Shown piece after piece: positions 15,066-16,468 of a stretch of DNA of 16,468 nucleotides; positions within the stretch are counted from its first letter, which is position 1, and the number at the start of each line of letters is the position of its first letter. The stretch lies in contig CAZOYL010000035.1 in the NCBI GenBank assembly GCA_964584035.1, positions 3,804-20,271 on the forward strand, given 5' to 3'. The notes beneath the pieces are model-generated. The model ran no database searches, was not told the origin of the DNA, and worked only from the letters and a program-made list of their open reading frames with translations. The translations under genes and the position numbers were made by a program. The stretch is from an uncultured Gemmatimonadota bacterium (GTDB lineage: Bacteria > SM23-81).

Positions 15066-16468
15066 TGATCTTCTCCTGCCGGTGCGCCAGGAGCAAGCAT
15101 CTGGCGACGATAATCGGTCAGAAACTCCCGGGTGCGTTCATCCTCCGGATGTACGCTCAACCATCTTTCCAGTGCCCCAGCGGCCTGTTGAACGTTTCCG
15201 GTGGTGTGATAGATCCTAAACAGAGCCCAATAGGCACTGAATTCTTCCGGATCATTCATCAGCCGATTTTCAACGAAGACCAGCAGATCTTCGATGCGGT
15301 TATATTTCTCATAAATGGGCAACAGGTTCGAATAGACCATCGGCCGGTCCGCTTCAGCGGCCAGCTCAATGGCCTGCTGCCCCGTTTCGATGGCTCGATC
15401 GGCCTCGTTCAGGCCGTCGTATGCTCTGGCCAGAACTTGATGGATTCCCCAGAAGGGATACAGAACCTGTGTGCCCTTTTCCAGAACCGTCCGAGCCTCA
15501 TCGTACTGCCCGCGATTACAGAATGCCTGTCCCACGGCCGCAAAGGAGGCCGCATAATTGGTCAGGAGTTTGATGGTATTATCATCCTTATAGATCCCCT
15601 CATCGCTCAGTCCCCGGAAGAGATGATGTTCCATGATCAGGGCCCGGCTGCGATCCAGATCGATCATATTAGGGCCCTCTTCAGTGACCAATCTGAGGAC
15701 CATGCTTTCCATCTTCAAGTGCGTATCAAGGCCCAGCTTATTATCTGGCGAGACGGTGATGGCAAAATAGATCGGCCGCTGCCAGCGATTGGTCCGGATG
15801 ATGTTGAGGACCGCCCGGTCTTGAACCCTGAGGATCTGGCCGCTCTTCAGGGATAGCATGAAACCTCCCAGATCGATTTCCCTATCCTCCGGCCAACGGA
15901 TAGGCATCAGAGCATCGGCCTGCTCATCTGTATATCCGGTGGGTACCCGGGGCTCCATGCCGTGAAGCTGCTTGATATACCAGCCGGTATTGAGCAGGCT
16001 CAGGTTCACCACCCGGACATCTTTACGAGTCCCCTCCACCTCCTGAAGATACCACAGGGGGAAGGTATCGTTGTCGCCATTGGTGAAGATGATGGCATCC
16101 GGTTGGCAGGAACCCAGTAAATTATAAGCGTAATCGCGCGCGATCCAGTTGCGGGAACGGTCGTGGCGATGATAGTTATAGGCCAGCGTCCCGAAAGGGG
16201 CGATCAGCATGGCCGCGGCCAGCAGCCAGAAAAGGGCTTTCCCGGCGGCGCCTTTTAATCTGCGAATAAGCAGCCAGAGCAACCCGCTAACGCCCAGGCC
16301 CATCCACAGAGAAATGGCCATGTAGGTGGGCGTGAAGAAATAGTCCCGGTCCCTGACCTCAAGCTGCACACCCCGGGTTCCATCGCTGAAATTCATCCAG
16401 AAGATGATCACCAGGGTACACAACAGCAGCAGGACCATCAAATAGATCCAGCGTCGGCGTTCCCGAAA
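15062..16468 (-). CDS. DUF2723/TMEM260-like GT-C membrane protein with C-terminal TPRs (5' end outside window)
   Basis: Frame is open to the right edge. EVRDRDYFF, HDRSRNWIARDYAYNLL, AIIFTNGDNDTFPLWYLQEVEG and DVRVVNLSLLNTGWY motifs; TPR-like helices at the C-terminus. Confidence 0.8.
   Translation of the reverse strand, partial: FRERRRWIYLMVLLLLCTLVIIFWMNFSDGTRGVQLEVRDRDYFFTPTYMAISLWMGLGVSGLLWLLIRRLKGAAGKALFWLLAAAMLIAPFGTLAYNYHRHDRSRNWIARDYAYNLLGSCQPDAIIFTNGDNDTFPLWYLQEVEGTRKDVRVVNLSLLNTGWYIKQLHGMEPRVPTGYTDEQADALMPIRWPEDREIDLGGFMLSLKSGQILRVQDRAVLNIIRTNRWQRPIYFAITVSPDNKLGLDTHLKMESMVLRLVTEEGPNMIDLDRSRALIMEHHLFRGLSDEGIYKDDNTIKLLTNYAASFAAVGQAFCNRGQYDEARTVLEKGTQVLYPFWGIHQVLARAYDGLNEADRAIETGQQAIELAAEADRPMVYSNLLPIYEKYNRIEDLLVFVENRLMNDPEEFSAYWALFRIYHTTGNVQQAAGALERWLSVHPEDERTREFLTDYRRQMLAPGAPAGEDQ

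Noticed and set aside
1..16468. CRISPR arrays, tRNA/rRNA genes, IS elements
   Set aside because: No regularly spaced repeats, cloverleaf-like sequences or transposase ORFs seen; intergenic gaps are short and explained.

Overview
Almost all real genes are on the minus strand. Reading right to left, the window holds: the 3' part of a DUF2723/TMEM260-like GT-C membrane protein with TPRs; a zinc-ribbon/DUF2007 protein; a UbiA-family decaprenyl-phosphate phosphoribosyltransferase-like gene; an ~11.4 kb type IV filament cluster; a PorV/PorQ-like outer-membrane beta-barrel; a cold-shock protein; and the 5' end of secA (missed by the ORF track). The filament cluster is pilB with MshEN motifs, pilC, four tandem paralogous pilins, three minor pilins (PilV/W/X-like), pilM, pilN, pilO, a pilP/gspC-like gene and a short secretin. 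Non-coding signals are rich. There are three sigma54 -24/-12 motifs, two of them abutted by the same TCTTT-N2-AAAGA palindrome. There is also a 15-bp hairpin after the probable major pilin, alternative hairpins over the pilB RBS, and sigma70-like promoters for csp, secA and possibly a leaderless porV. The most notable hypotheses are a pilin paralog that lost its prepilin-peptidase site, a T4P/T2SS-intermediate machine without pilT, and possible pilin glycosylation by the adjacent GT-C and UbiA genes. Gene content suggests an FCB-superphylum diderm (inference). All family calls come from motif recognition by eye; no searches were run.
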